Shown here one piece after another: positions 42,166-52,213 of a stretch of 64,000 nt of DNA. Source of the DNA: an uncultured Chloroflexia bacterium. GTDB taxonomy: Bacteria; Chloroflexota; Limnocylindria; Limnocylindrales; CSP1-4. The notes below the pieces were generated by a model. The model was given only the letters and a program-made list of their open reading frames with translations, ran no database searches and was not told the origin of the DNA. A program made the translations under genes and the position numbers. Location: assembly GCA_963708015.1 (NCBI GenBank), contig OY970185.1, positions 471,402 to 535,401 on the forward strand, in the 5' to 3' direction. Within the stretch, counting starts at the first letter, position 1; every line of letters starts with the position of its first letter.

Positions 42166-44015
42166 GACTCGGTGCCCCCGACGGACGCCCCGGGGGGTGG
42201 GCTCGCGTCCGAGGCCCCGCCGACCGGAGCCGTTCCCCGGGCCGGTCCGGCCTGATCCTCGGCCAGCTGGGCCTCGACCGCCCGGTGGACGTTGCCGTGG
42301 ACATGGTCGTTTCCGATCCGGTCGATCAGCCCCTCCGACCGCAGGACGAGCAGGACTCGCGGCTTGACCCGGGCAAGCCGCAGGCCCACGCCCTCGGCCT
42401 CGGCCAGGTCGAGGACCTCGCTCAGCTTGGCCGCGCCCTGCGAGTCGATGAAGCCGACCCCCTCGAGGTCGAGCACGAGTGCTCGGAGCGCCTGATCGCC
42501 GGCCATGACCTGGCGGACCCGCTCGTCGAAGGCCTCCGCCGTGGCGAAGAACAGGCCACCGTCGAACCGGAGGACGACGATCCCCGGGAACGTCTCGTCG
42601 GCCGGGTTCAGCTCGATATCGCGGTAGACCTGGGTGCCGGGCTCCCGTCCGAGGAGGACCATCGCCGGCCGGGTGGCCACGTAGATCAGCCAGACGATCG
42701 AGAGCCCCACCCCGATCACGATCCCGAACAGGACCCCGGCCAGGAGCACCCCGGCGACTGCCGCCAGGGCCACCCCGAGGTCGAACCGGGAGACCCGCCC
42801 GAGGCGGCGAAATTCGGCCAGGTCGATCATTCCGAAGAGCACGGCGTCGATGATGATCGCTCCGAGGACGGCCTTGGGCAGCTCCGAGAAGAGCGGCGCG
42901 AGCAGGATCAGGGTCAGCACGACGAGGAGGCCGGTGACCAGCGATGCGAGCGGCGTCCGGGCCCCGGCCGACTCGTTCAGCGAGCTGGCCGACAGGCTGG
43001 TCGAGACGGGCATCCCCTGGAAGAGCCCGGCCCCCACATTGGCCATTCCCTGGGCGACCGACTCCTGGTTCACGTCGATCCGGTAATGGTGGCGGGTCGC
43101 GAAGGCGCGGGCGTCGCCGGCGGTCTGCGAGAAGCCGATCAGGACGAGGGCAACCGAGGCGATCGCGATCTCGGGCACGTGCTGGGCGACGAGCTGCAAG
43201 CCTGGAATCTCGGGCAGCGGCAGGCCGCTCGGGACAGGTCCGACGAGGGCCACCCCGCGGGCGTCAAGGTTGAACAGGTAGGAGGCAAGCAGCCCAACAA
43301 CGACCAGGACGAGGGCGCCCGGAACCTTCGGCGCGAGGAACCGCAGGCCGAGGATCGCGCCCAGGGCCGCAACGGCCACGACGAGCGTGGCGGGCTGGAT
43401 CGCCCCGAGCCCGCCGAGCCACGAGACGAACTCGGCCAGGACGTTCGAGCCATCGGCCGAGGTCCCGGTCAGCTTCGGCAGCTCGCCCACGATCACGTCG
43501 ATCGCGGCCCCGGCGAGGAAGCCGGTTACCACGGCCTTCGACAGGAACTGGGCGATCCAGCCCAGGCGGAGGGCCGACATCAGCAGGAACAGCAGCCCGG
43601 TGACCAGGGCGATCGCTGCCACGAGCTGGGCCGCGCCCTCGCCGGCCAGGCCGGTCACGATCACCGCCCCGCCGGCCACCGTGGCCAGGGACGAGCTCGG
43701 CCCGGTCGAGATGTGGCGCGAGGTGCAGAACAGGGCGTAGATGATCGCCCCGGCCGCCGCCGCGTACAGCCCGTTCTGGACCGGTACGCCCGCGATCTCG
43801 GCATAGCCCAGGTTCTTGGGCACGATCATCGCCGTGACCGCGATCCCGGCGATCACGTCGGCCCGCAGCCAGGCCCGATCGTACCGGGGCAGCCACGTCG
43901 CGATCGGGAGGAGCCCCCGAGGGCTGGCTACGGCGATGACATCCGCCGAACCGCTGCCACCGGGCGGGAGCTGCCTGCTGCCCACCCCATTCTCAGCCGG
44001 CTGCCGCCGGGGCAC
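42162..44015 (-). CDS. SulP family sulfate/anion permease with C-terminal STAS domain (intact)
   Basis: 617-aa uninterrupted ORF; SulP signature region [22 protein letters not shown]; [21 protein letters not shown]; stop overlaps the start of the broken paralog. Confidence 0.85.
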   Translation of the reverse strand: MPRRQPAENGVGSRQLPPGGSGSADVIAVASPRGLLPIATWLPRYDRAWLRADVIAGIAVTAMIVPKNLGYAEIAGVPVQNGLYAAAAGAIIYALFCTSRHISTGPSSSLATVAGGAVIVTGLAGEGAAQLVAAIALVTGLLFLLMSALRLGWIAQFLSKAVVTGFLAGAAIDVIVGELPKLTGTSADGSNVLAEFVSWLGGLGAIQPATLVVAVAALGAILGLRFLAPKVPGALVLVVVGLLASYLFNLDARGVALVGPVPSGLPLPEIPGLQLVAQHVPEIAIASVALVLIGFSQTAGDARAFATRHHYRIDVNQESVAQGMANVGAGLFQGMPVSTSLSASSLNESAGARTPLASLVTGLLVVLTLILLAPLFSELPKAVLGAIIIDAVLFGMIDLAEFRRLGRVSRFDLGVALAAVAGVLLAGVLFGIVIGVGLSIVWLIYVATRPAMVLLGREPGTQVYRDIELNPADETFPGIVVLRFDGGLFFATAEAFDERVRQVMAGDQALRALVLDLEGVGFIDSQGAAKLSEVLDLAEAEGVGLRLARVKPRVLLVLRSEGLIDRIGNDHVHGNVHRAVEAQLAEDQAGPARGTAPVGGASDASPPPGASVGGTES

Positions 44016-44145
44016 AGTTAGTAGCGGTCATGAAACCTCGTCTTTCTGGCGTCGGCCCGGGTCCCGGCCCGGCTCGCCCGGGCTAACGAGCGAGCGGGCG
44101 CACATCACTGTGCGCCCGCCCTGCTTGTCAGGTTCGTCCAGCGAT

Positions 44146-44553
44146 TCAGACAGCCGCCGGTGGCTCTCCCTCGCCGAAGGCCGCCTTGACCTCGGCCGTG
44201 TTCATGTACCAGAAGATCAGGGCCGGCAGGAGGGCCATCGAGAAGCCGACCCCGGTGCCCGGGAACTGGAAGAAGGCGAGCGCCGCCTCGAACAGGCCGA
44301 AGCCGGCCATGATCAGGGCGAAGACGCGGGCCCACGGCTGGAGCGCCCACAGGCCACCCGCGGCCATGAGCCAGATCACCCCGGTGATGATCGCGAGCCA
44401 GCCCCACAGGCCGACGTGCTCGAGGGCCGGCAGGTCGCCGAAGATGCCGAACCAGTCGAAGCCGATGGCGCGGAAGCCGAAGAAGATGAACTCGAAGCCG
44501 GCCAGGGCGGCAAAGAAGCCGATGACCGAGACCAGGATGGGCGGGTTCTTCAT
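44146..44553 (-). CDS. small hydrophobic membrane protein (135 aa), hypothetical
   Basis: Four predicted TM helices, Phe/Gly-rich. Confidence 0.45.
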   Translation of the reverse strand: MKNPPILVSVIGFFAALAGFEFIFFGFRAIGFDWFGIFGDLPALEHVGLWGWLAIITGVIWLMAAGGLWALQPWARVFALIMAGFGLFEAALAFFQFPGTGVGFSMALLPALIFWYMNTAEVKAAFGEGEPPAAV

Positions 44554-44812
44554 TGAGATTCCTCGTGTACGAGATGGCCTTGAGCAGTGGCGAACTGAGC
44601 ACGGTGCAAGTTCGTCAGGCGATCGTCACTCTCCTCCCGGCGGGCCGAAATACCGGACCGAAGCACCACTGTGCCACATCCTTGTTTCGAAAACTACACC
44701 TCGAGACCCGCTGGCGGGACGGGTCGCGAGCGACTGCCGGGGTCCCCGAGAAGCGCCCGACAGCCGGCGAGGAGCGCCTGCCGGCAGGCTCCTGAGCGGC
44801 GAGAATGGCCCG

Positions 44813-45355
44813 ATGGAAGGAGGTCCGACCGTCAGCCTGCCCGTCGATGAGCTCCTCCTCCGACCATGGTGGCCGACCGACGCCGAGGCGGTCTTCACGA
44901 TCTGCCAGGACCCTGAGATTGCCCGCTGGGTCGCCATCCCCCAGCCGTTCCTGGCGGCCGACGCCGAGGCCTTCATCGAGGCCGCCCGGGCGATGTGGCG
45001 GGACGGGACAGGCGCGCCGTTCGCCATCACCGAGGCAACCGGCGGCCGGGTCCTTGGGGCCGTGACCCGGTTCGGGCCGGACGGGCACCAGGCAACCCTG
45101 GGTCTCTGGCTGGCTCCCGAGGCGCGCGGCCGGGGCGTCGGATCGCGAGCGCTCCGGCTGGTGACCGACTGGACGTTCGCCACGACCGAGGTCATCCGGA
45201 TCGACACGTTCATCACGGTCGGCAACGAGCGCTCCGATCGGATGGTCGAGCGGGCTGGATTCCGGCGCGAGGGCATCCTCCGATCCTGGGACCTGCAGCA
45301 CGACGGCCGGCCGGTGGACTGCGTGGTGTACTCGCGGCTGCGGAGCGACCCGTGA
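44813..45355 (+). CDS. GNAT family N-acetyltransferase (RimJ/RimL-like)
   Basis: LRPWWPTDAEAVF...GLWLAPEARGRGVGSRAL pattern; ATG at 44813 chosen inside a longer track ORF. Confidence 0.7.
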   Translation: MEGGPTVSLPVDELLLRPWWPTDAEAVFTICQDPEIARWVAIPQPFLAADAEAFIEAARAMWRDGTGAPFAITEATGGRVLGAVTRFGPDGHQATLGLWLAPEARGRGVGSRALRLVTDWTFATTEVIRIDTFITVGNERSDRMVERAGFRREGILRSWDLQHDGRPVDCVVYSRLRSDP

Positions 45356-46032
45356 CCCCGCCTGGTCGCGGGCCATCGCCGGCTCGATCGGCCGCGCGCT
45401 GGGCCTGGCTGGCGGTGGCGGCGATCGTCGCCTTCGCGATCCTCGCCCTCGTCGTGAACCGGCAGGGTGCGGTCTGGTTCGACCAACCGGTGATCGCCTT
45501 CGTCAAGGGCCTGCCGATCTCGATCGACACGTGGACCATGATCACCGCGGCCGGTGGTGCGATCCTCGTCCCGATCGGGGTCGGGCTCGTGATCGCCCTG
45601 TTGGTGCTCCATCGCCGGCGCCTCGCTGCGATCTACGGGGTGACCCTGGCCGCGGCGTCAGCCTGGACCTACCTGGTCAAGATCACGATTGCCCGCGAGC
45701 GCCCGCCGGGGTCCCTGGTCGTTGCCCCGGGCTTCAGCTTTCCCTCCGGCCACTCGCTGAACAGCACCGTGACCTACGGCCTGATCGCGCTGCTGATCTG
45801 GCGGACGCGTTGGCCGGCCTGGCTACGAATCGCCCTGGCGATTGCGCTCGGTGCCCTGATCGGGTTGATCGGCCTGTCCCGGATCGCCCTGGGGGCGCAC
45901 TACCCGAGCGACGTCCTTGGCGGCTGGCTGGCCGGGATCGCGATCGTGGCGACCGTTGCGGCGTTCACCCAGCCGGATCCCGACTCGGCCCTCGACTTGG
46001 CCCCGGACGAGCCGCCGGCTGGGCGAGCCTAG
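45352..46032 (+). CDS. PAP2 (phosphatidic acid phosphatase type 2) family membrane phosphatase
   Basis: KxxxxxxRP-like (ARERPP), SFPSGHS and SRIALGAHYPSDV motifs; GTGA overlap with the GNAT stop. Confidence 0.75.
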   Translation: MTPPGRGPSPARSAARWAWLAVAAIVAFAILALVVNRQGAVWFDQPVIAFVKGLPISIDTWTMITAAGGAILVPIGVGLVIALLVLHRRRLAAIYGVTLAAASAWTYLVKITIARERPPGSLVVAPGFSFPSGHSLNSTVTYGLIALLIWRTRWPAWLRIALAIALGALIGLIGLSRIALGAHYPSDVLGGWLAGIAIVATVAAFTQPDPDSALDLAPDEPPAGRA

Positions 46033-46322
46033 GCGTCCCGGTAGTTCGAGATCGTCTTGCGGTTGCCCAGGATCCCGCCGCCCCAGGTGCCCAGGTCGCA
46101 CAGGACCGCACCGGCCAGGAAGATCCAGTTCAGGAGGCTCAATCCGTTCTGCTGGACGAGGCCGTAAATCAGGGTCGTCCAGGGCAGGAACAGGAAACCC
46201 AGGCCGAGCCAGATCTGCGAGCCGAACACGTTGTTCCAGTAGGCCTGGTCGTTGACCCAGCCGGCGAGCAGGGCGAAGCGCGGCAGGATCATCCCGAAGA
46301 TCGCGACGATGCAACCCATCAT
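46029..46322 (-). CDS. small membrane protein (97 aa), hypothetical
   Basis: Three hydrophobic segments; convergent with the PAP2 gene, 4-nt overlap. Confidence 0.35.
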   Translation of the reverse strand: MMGCIVAIFGMILPRFALLAGWVNDQAYWNNVFGSQIWLGLGFLFLPWTTLIYGLVQQNGLSLLNWIFLAGAVLCDLGTWGGGILGNRKTISNYRDA

Positions 46323-46527
46323 CCACTCCCTCTCGTACTCGTGAGACAGCCGCGGACCCTCAACGGCCGGCGGGCCGAACCGTAGAGTACCCCCCGCGGG
46401 CCACCCGAATCGAGGCGGATCCGGCCGGCGAACGCTCAGCCCGAGCGGTCCTGCCCGCCCCCTGACCCTCGCCCCGGCCGAGGTGGATCGTGTTGGCGGC
46501 TTCGCCTAGACTGTCCGGGCGTCCTGA

Positions 46528-46557
46528 TGCCCGCGGTCACGCGGGGGCCCGCGTCAC
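46528..46557. promoter_or_regulatory. palindromic/direct-repeat element GCCCGCGGTCACGCGGG GGCCCGCGTCACG upstream of the MFS transporter gene; possible operator
   Basis: Perfect 6-bp stem CCCGCG/CGCGGG with a GTCA loop, then a second GCCCGCG-TCACG half copy, about 55-85 nt upstream of the 46613 start and near a TAGACT -10-like hexamer. Confidence 0.3.
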
Positions 46558-46612
46558 GTCGTCCGACACCGTCGGTCGCCGGCCGAATCGGCGCTGGTGA
46601 GGGAGCGACGAG

Positions 46613-48238
46613 ATGTCCGAACAGGCTGCAGCCGACATTGACCTGAGCGCTCGACAGCGCCTGGAGATCCTCGGGGCAATCCTGCTCGCCCTGTTCCTGT
46701 TCGCCCTCGACCAGACCGTCGTCGGCACGGCCCTGCCGGTCATCGTGACCGACCTGAACGGCAACAACCTGTACGTCTGGGTCGTCACGATCTACCTGCT
46801 GACGTCGACGATCAGCGGCCCGATCTACGGCAAGCTGTCGGACCTGTTCGGGCGGCGCCCGATCATCATCTTCGCGGTCAGCCTGTTCCTGGTCTCGTCG
46901 GTCCTGTCCGGGCTCAGCCAGTCGATGGAGCAGCTGATCCTGTTCCGCGGCCTCCAGGGCCTGGGCGGAGGGGCGATCTTCCCGGTCGCCCTGGCCGTTG
47001 TCGCCGACCTGTACACGCCCTCCGAGCGAGGCAAGTACCTCGGCCTGTTCGGGGCCGTCTTCGGGGTCTCGTTCCTGATCGGGCCGGCGATCGGCGGGGT
47101 GATCACCGACACGGTCGGCTGGCACTGGATCTTCTTCGTCAACGTGCCGATCGGCCTGGTCTCGCTGGTCATCATCTGGCGGCTCCTGCCGGCGATCAAG
47201 CGGCCGGACGCGGCTCGCAACATCGACTACCTGGGGGCGGCCGTCTTCGCCGCGGCAATCACCCTGATCCTGATCGGCCTGACCAACAAGGGCACCGGCG
47301 ACTGGACCGACCCGTCGGTCGGCGGCCTGATCGTGGCCGGCCTCCTGATCACGGCCGTGTTCATCTGGGTCGAGTCGAGGGCAGCGGATCCGATCGTGCC
47401 GCTCGGCCTGTTCCGGATCCGCAACTTCTCGGTCTCGGTCACGGCGATGTTTTTCGCCGCCTTCGGCTTCTTCGGGGCGGTCATCTTCCTGCCGCGCTGG
47501 TTCCAGACGGTCGGCGGGGCGAGCGCCACGATCTCGGGCTACAACCTCCTGCCCCTGGTCGGCGGCCTGATCGTGAGTGCCACGATGTCGGGCCAGATCG
47601 TGGCCCGAACCGGGAAGTACAAGATCCTGATGCTCGTCTCCCTGGTCATGCTCGCGGCCGGCCTCATCCTCATGACCCAACTGACCGCCGAGACGCCCCG
47701 GCCGGCGCTCTGGTTCTGGATGGTGATCGCCGGCCTGGGCATCGGTCCGTCATTCGCCGTCTTCACCCTGGTCGTCCAGAACTCGGTCAATGCCGCCCGG
47801 ATCGGGGTGGCCACGGCCAGCCTGACGTTCTTCCAGCAGATCGGCGGCACGATCGGGCTGACCCTCGCCGGGTCGCTCCTGGCGACCCGGCTGGTGACCG
47901 AGATCCCGAAGCAGCTCGTGGCGGCCGGCGTGCCTCAGCAGGTCGTGGACGGGTTCGCGGGCGGCGGCGCCGTGGACCTGACCGGGACCGGCGACCTTGG
48001 CCAGCGGATCCTGGCCAGTGTCCCGCCCGCCCAGCAGCCCCAGATCGCGCCGCTCATCCCGGCCATCGTCGAGGGCATCCACGAGGCGTTCTCGATCGCG
48101 ATCGCGGCCACCTTCTGGGTTGGTGTCGTGGGCGCGGTCATCGCGGTCATCGCGGTTGCCTTCATGCACGAGGAGCCGATGCGCACGACGTTCGAGTTCG
48201 AGCCGACAGGCGAGGTCGCCCCAGCGCCGGACGCCTGA
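46613..48238 (+). CDS. MFS transporter, DHA2 (14-TMS drug:H+ antiporter, EmrB/QacA) family
   Basis: Motif A GKLSDLFGRRP, 14 hydrophobic segments, 541 aa intact. Confidence 0.85.
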   Translation: MSEQAAADIDLSARQRLEILGAILLALFLFALDQTVVGTALPVIVTDLNGNNLYVWVVTIYLLTSTISGPIYGKLSDLFGRRPIIIFAVSLFLVSSVLSGLSQSMEQLILFRGLQGLGGGAIFPVALAVVADLYTPSERGKYLGLFGAVFGVSFLIGPAIGGVITDTVGWHWIFFVNVPIGLVSLVIIWRLLPAIKRPDAARNIDYLGAAVFAAAITLILIGLTNKGTGDWTDPSVGGLIVAGLLITAVFIWVESRAADPIVPLGLFRIRNFSVSVTAMFFAAFGFFGAVIFLPRWFQTVGGASATISGYNLLPLVGGLIVSATMSGQIVARTGKYKILMLVSLVMLAAGLILMTQLTAETPRPALWFWMVIAGLGIGPSFAVFTLVVQNSVNAARIGVATASLTFFQQIGGTIGLTLAGSLLATRLVTEIPKQLVAAGVPQQVVDGFAGGGAVDLTGTGDLGQRILASVPPAQQPQIAPLIPAIVEGIHEAFSIAIAATFWVGVVGAVIAVIAVAFMHEEPMRTTFEFEPTGEVAPAPDA

Positions 48239-48305
48239 GTGATCGAGCCGCGCGGCCCGATCGAGCTCCGAGGCGAGCGCTGCGACCACGTTTCGATCGC
48301 CCGGC

Positions 48306-49130
48306 TCAGCTCCGCGGCGGGCGATCGTACAGCCTGAGAGACCAGACCCAACCGACTGCCGCGATCAGGACACACCAGCCCACCGCCAGCAGGCCGTTGG
48401 CCCCCAGGCTCGTGCCGGGGCCCGTTCCCAGGAGCAGGCCTCGGATCGATTCGATGATCGGCGTGAACGGCTGGTTTTCGGCGAAGAAGGCCAGGGGGCC
48501 GGGCATCGATCCGGTCGGCACGAAACCAGAGCTCAGGAACGGCAGCAGGATCAGGAACATCGGCAGGTTGCTGGCGGTCTCGACGCTGTTGGCGGCCATC
48601 CCCAGGGCGACTGACAGCCAGCTGATCGCCACGGCCGTCAGGCCGAGGATCCCGGCGGCCGCGACCCAGGCGAGGGGGCCGGTCGTCGGGCGGAAGCCGA
48701 TGATCAGCCCGGCGACCATGACCACGGCGAGGGCCAGGCCGGTCTGGATGACGCTGCCGATGACATGGCCGGTGAGGACCGACGATCGAGCCACGGCCAT
48801 CGTCCGGAAGCGGGCGATGATCCCCTCCTGCATGTCCATGGCGATCGCGATCGCCGTGCCCTGGGCGGCAGCGGTGATCGTCAGGACCAGGATGCCGGGC
48901 ATCACGTACGCGACGTAGGCGTCCCGCCCGGCACCCGGAATTCCGAGCCCGGCCCCGAGCGTCCCGCCGAAGACGTACACGAACAGGAGCAGGAGCACGA
49001 CCGGCGTCCCGGCCACGAAGATCGTCAGCGACGGGTAACGGCGCATCCGGCGAAGGTTCCGGCGGAGCATCGTCGCGGAGTCGCCCACGAAGTGGGACCG
49101 GCTGGAGGTTGGGCTTGTCAGGACGGTCAT
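48306..49130 (-). CDS. ABC-2 type transporter permease (DrrB-like exporter)
   Basis: 6-TM ABC-2 topology; start overlaps the upstream ATPase stop (ATGA). Confidence 0.75.
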   Translation of the reverse strand: MTVLTSPTSSRSHFVGDSATMLRRNLRRMRRYPSLTIFVAGTPVVLLLLFVYVFGGTLGAGLGIPGAGRDAYVAYVMPGILVLTITAAAQGTAIAIAMDMQEGIIARFRTMAVARSSVLTGHVIGSVIQTGLALAVVMVAGLIIGFRPTTGPLAWVAAAGILGLTAVAISWLSVALGMAANSVETASNLPMFLILLPFLSSGFVPTGSMPGPLAFFAENQPFTPIIESIRGLLLGTGPGTSLGANGLLAVGWCVLIAAVGWVWSLRLYDRPPRS

Positions 49131-50128
49131 CGGGCGGCTCCTGTCGGTTCGGTGACCTGGGCGGGGGCGGTCTCGCTCTCGATCTCGCCGGCGGCCACCG
49201 GACGCTCGGTAAGGGCCAGGAAGACATCGTCGAGGTCCGGCGTCCGGACCGACAGCCCGTCGACCGCGATCGAGCTGGCGTCCAGCCGATCGAGCACGGC
49301 CCGCAGCGCATCGATCCCTCCCCCGGGAATTTGCAGGGCCAGGTCATCGTCGCTGCGCGTCGGGTCGCCGAGGGCGGCGGCGGCCCGCTCGAGGGCTTCG
49401 AGGTCGGCGAATTCCAGCCGGATCTGGCCGCCCGGCACGAGGCGCTTGAGCTCGGCCGGCGTCCCCTCCGCCACGATCCGGCCGTGGTCGAGGAAGGCGA
49501 TCCGGTCGGCCAGGCGGTCGGCCTCGTCGAGGTACTGGGTCGTCAGCAGGATCGTCACCCCCCGGCCGGCCAGGTCGCGGATCGTGTCCCACATCGCCCG
49601 GCGGCTGCGCGGATCGAGGCCCGCCGTCGGCTCGTCGAGGAAGATGATCCGGGGCTCGCCCACGAGGGTCATCGCCAGGTCGAGCCGGCGGCGCATCCCG
49701 CCCGAATACGTGGCGACGGGGCGCCCGGCCGCCTCGACCAGGTCGAACCGTTCGAGCAGCTCCTCGACCCGGCTGCGGCCGGCCTCCCGGCCGAGGTGGC
49801 GCAGGTCGGCCATCAGGCGCAGGTTCTCCCGGCCGCTGAACAGCTGGTCGACGGCCGAGAACTGGCCGGTCAGGCCGATCACGGCCCGGACCGCGCCCGG
49901 CTCCGTCCGAAGGTCATGGCCACCGATCCTGATCGCGCCGTCGTCCGGCGCGATCAGGGTGGAGAGGATGTTGACGATCGTCGTCTTGCCGGCCCCGTTC
50001 GGGCCGAGCAGGGCGAAGACGCTGCCGGAGGCGACATCGAGGTCGATTCGGTCGAGGACGACGTGGTCGCCGAAGGCCTTGCGGAGGCCGCGCAGAGAGA
50101 TCGCCGGAGGGACCTGGGTCGGGCTCAT
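49127..50128 (-). CDS. ABC transporter ATP-binding protein (DrrA-like)
   Basis: Walker A GPNGAGKTT, signature YSGGMRRR, Walker B IIFLDEPTAGLD, H-loop. ATG at 50128 is one choice; GTG at 50161 is the alternative. Confidence 0.85.
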   Translation of the reverse strand: MSPTQVPPAISLRGLRKAFGDHVVLDRIDLDVASGSVFALLGPNGAGKTTIVNILSTLIAPDDGAIRIGGHDLRTEPGAVRAVIGLTGQFSAVDQLFSGRENLRLMADLRHLGREAGRSRVEELLERFDLVEAAGRPVATYSGGMRRRLDLAMTLVGEPRIIFLDEPTAGLDPRSRRAMWDTIRDLAGRGVTILLTTQYLDEADRLADRIAFLDHGRIVAEGTPAELKRLVPGGQIRLEFADLEALERAAAALGDPTRSDDDLALQIPGGGIDALRAVLDRLDASSIAVDGLSVRTPDLDDVFLALTERPVAAGEIESETAPAQVTEPTGAAR

Positions 50129-50200
50129 GGCCGGGCCCCCAATCGCTCGAGCCCGAGCCACGCTGGCGGATGGGTCAGGGCCGCCCAGGCCCCCGAAACG

Positions 50201-50719
50201 CTAGATGTCGAGGTCTTCGACGGGCGGCTGGCGAGCGATCGAGCCGACCATCTCGAACAGCTCGGGCGGGATCTTCTCGCGCAGCTCATCGACGGTCGCG
50301 ACGACGTCCAGGGTGGCCTCACGGGCAGTCGAACCGTATCGGACGTCACCGATCCCGAGATGGCCCCGCCAACCCGCCGGCTTGCCTTCGGCGTTCTGCA
50401 TCGTCCATTCGGGACTGCGCTCCGTGTGGACGGCGAACTTGCCCGTCCGCGTCCGGTAGACCCGGTAGTGGTCCCAGCGGCCAGAGTTCGAAGCGGCCCA
50501 CTCGCCGAGCAGGACCCCGCTGAACCGGACCTTGCGCCCGGCCCCCGGTCCGACGCGAAGGGTGATCTCGTCGAAGCCCTGGGTCCGGGCCTCTTCGACG
50601 TCGACGTAGCGACGGAGCGCGCTGGCGATGGCTGCCGAGAGGTTGCCCCCGGCCAGCTCCTGGGCCCGCCGGAAGAGGGATTGGTCGCCTTCGGAAACGT
50701 AGATCGTCTTGTTTGGCAC
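50201..50719 (-). CDS. EXLDI family protein (conserved hypothetical)
   Basis: 172-aa protein ending ...PPVEDLDI, matching the C-terminal signature the EXLDI family is named for. Confidence 0.5.
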   Translation of the reverse strand: MPNKTIYVSEGDQSLFRRAQELAGGNLSAAIASALRRYVDVEEARTQGFDEITLRVGPGAGRKVRFSGVLLGEWAASNSGRWDHYRVYRTRTGKFAVHTERSPEWTMQNAEGKPAGWRGHLGIGDVRYGSTAREATLDVVATVDELREKIPPELFEMVGSIARQPPVEDLDI

Positions 50720-50858
50720 GTCGGCATCGTAACTCCCCGGGTCATTCGTGAGCGGTATACGCAGCAGTATACGTATATTTCGCAGATTGGCAAGTCCCTA
50801 TTGGGGCGAAGGCGGAATGGCCAGCCGAACCCCGGCCGGCGCGTCAGACTGGCGCGTG

Positions 50859-51293
50859 ATGACGACAACAATCCGGGCGCTCGGGCCAGGCGACGCCGAG
50901 CTGGTCGTAGCCGCCGCCAACCTGTTCGATCACTCGCCCGAGCTGCCAGTCGCTGAGCGATTCCTGCGCTCGCCGGGCCACCACCTCCTGATGGCCTTCG
51001 AAGGCGACGTTGCGACCGGCTTCGTCAGCGGGATCGAGATGACCCATCCGGACAAGGGCACCGAGATGTTCCTCTACGAGCTCGCCGTCGGAGAGGCATT
51101 CCGCCGGCGCGGGATCGGCCGGGCGCTGGTCCAGACCCTGCTCGAGACTGCCCGTGCCCGGGGTTGCTACGACATGTGGGTCTTGACCGACGACGACAAC
51201 GAAGCTGCCCTCGGCACCTACCGAACGACCGGCGCGACCGACGAATCTGCGCACGTGATGCTGACCTGGGACCTGGGCGGGAGCCAGGGATGA
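50859..51293 (+). CDS. GNAT family N-acetyltransferase
   Basis: Acetyl-CoA binding region RRRGIGRALV; start at MTTTIRALG; stop overlaps the next start (ATGA). Confidence 0.7.
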   Translation: MTTTIRALGPGDAELVVAAANLFDHSPELPVAERFLRSPGHHLLMAFEGDVATGFVSGIEMTHPDKGTEMFLYELAVGEAFRRRGIGRALVQTLLETARARGCYDMWVLTDDDNEAALGTYRTTGATDESAHVMLTWDLGGSQG

Positions 51294-52165
51294 CCGATCC
51301 CATCCGGGTCGCCGGTGTCCAGATGGCGATGGGCCCCGACCGCACAGCCAATCTCCTGCGGGCGATCAGCTCGATCGAACGGGCGGCGGTTCAGGGCGCC
51401 CAGCTGATCGCCCTGCCGGAGCTGTTCAGCGCAGCCTACTTTCCGCAGCTGCCCCACAGGCCGGAGTTCCTCGACTGGGCGGAACCGCTGCCAGGGCCCA
51501 CGACCGACGCTCTGGCCGAGGTTGCCGGACGTCTGCACGTCGCCGTGATCGGCTCCGTCTACGAACGGGCGATGGCCGGGCTCTGTTACAACACCGCGGT
51601 CGTCGTGGGACCCGACGGCAGCCTCGTCGGCACGAGCCGCAAGGCGCACATCCCGGACTCGGCCGGCTATGCCGAGAAGTTCTACTTCGCGCCGGGTGAC
51701 TCGGGCTACCCGGTCTTCGAGGTTCCCGTCGGCGGCGCCCGCCTGAGCCTCGGGCTGGCCACCTGCTGGGATCAGTGGTTCCCGGAGGTGGCCCGGATCC
51801 TCGCCCTGAAAGGCGCGGAGCTCATCGTCTACCCGACCGCGATCGGATCCGAGCCGGCCACCCCGGACCTCGAGACCCACGACGCCTGGCGGACGGTCAT
51901 GCGGGGCCATGCCGTGGCCAACGCCCTGTACGTCCTGGCGGTGAACCGGGTGGGGGTCGAGGCGGACATCACGTTCTACGGCGGCTCCTTCCTGGCCGGT
52001 CCACTCGGCGCCGTACTGGCCGAATCCGGCCCCGGGGAAACCCTGCTCGAAGGCGCGATCGACCTTGATGCGATCGCCCGGACGCGCTCGGTCCAGACGT
52101 TCTTCCGTGATCGCCGACCCGAGACGTACGGCACGCTCCTCGGCCGAGGCGGGCGATCCGGCTGA
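51290..52165 (+). CDS. carbon-nitrogen hydrolase family amidase (N-carbamoylputrescine amidase/AguB-like)
   Basis: Glu-Lys-Cys triad context: LPELF, RKAHIP, LATCWDQWFPE. Confidence 0.8.
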   Translation: MTDPIRVAGVQMAMGPDRTANLLRAISSIERAAVQGAQLIALPELFSAAYFPQLPHRPEFLDWAEPLPGPTTDALAEVAGRLHVAVIGSVYERAMAGLCYNTAVVVGPDGSLVGTSRKAHIPDSAGYAEKFYFAPGDSGYPVFEVPVGGARLSLGLATCWDQWFPEVARILALKGAELIVYPTAIGSEPATPDLETHDAWRTVMRGHAVANALYVLAVNRVGVEADITFYGGSFLAGPLGAVLAESGPGETLLEGAIDLDAIARTRSVQTFFRDRRPETYGTLLGRGGRSG

Positions 52166-52213
52166 CCGCTGCCCAGCGGACCCTCGATCGACGAAAGTCC
52201 GGGGGTATTGTTG

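Noticed and set aside
48239-48305. Possible intrinsic terminator between the convergent MFS and ABC-2 permease genes
   Set aside because: The sequence has a direct repeat (gatcgagc twice) rather than a GC-rich inverted repeat followed by a T-tract, so there is no convincing rho-independent terminator.
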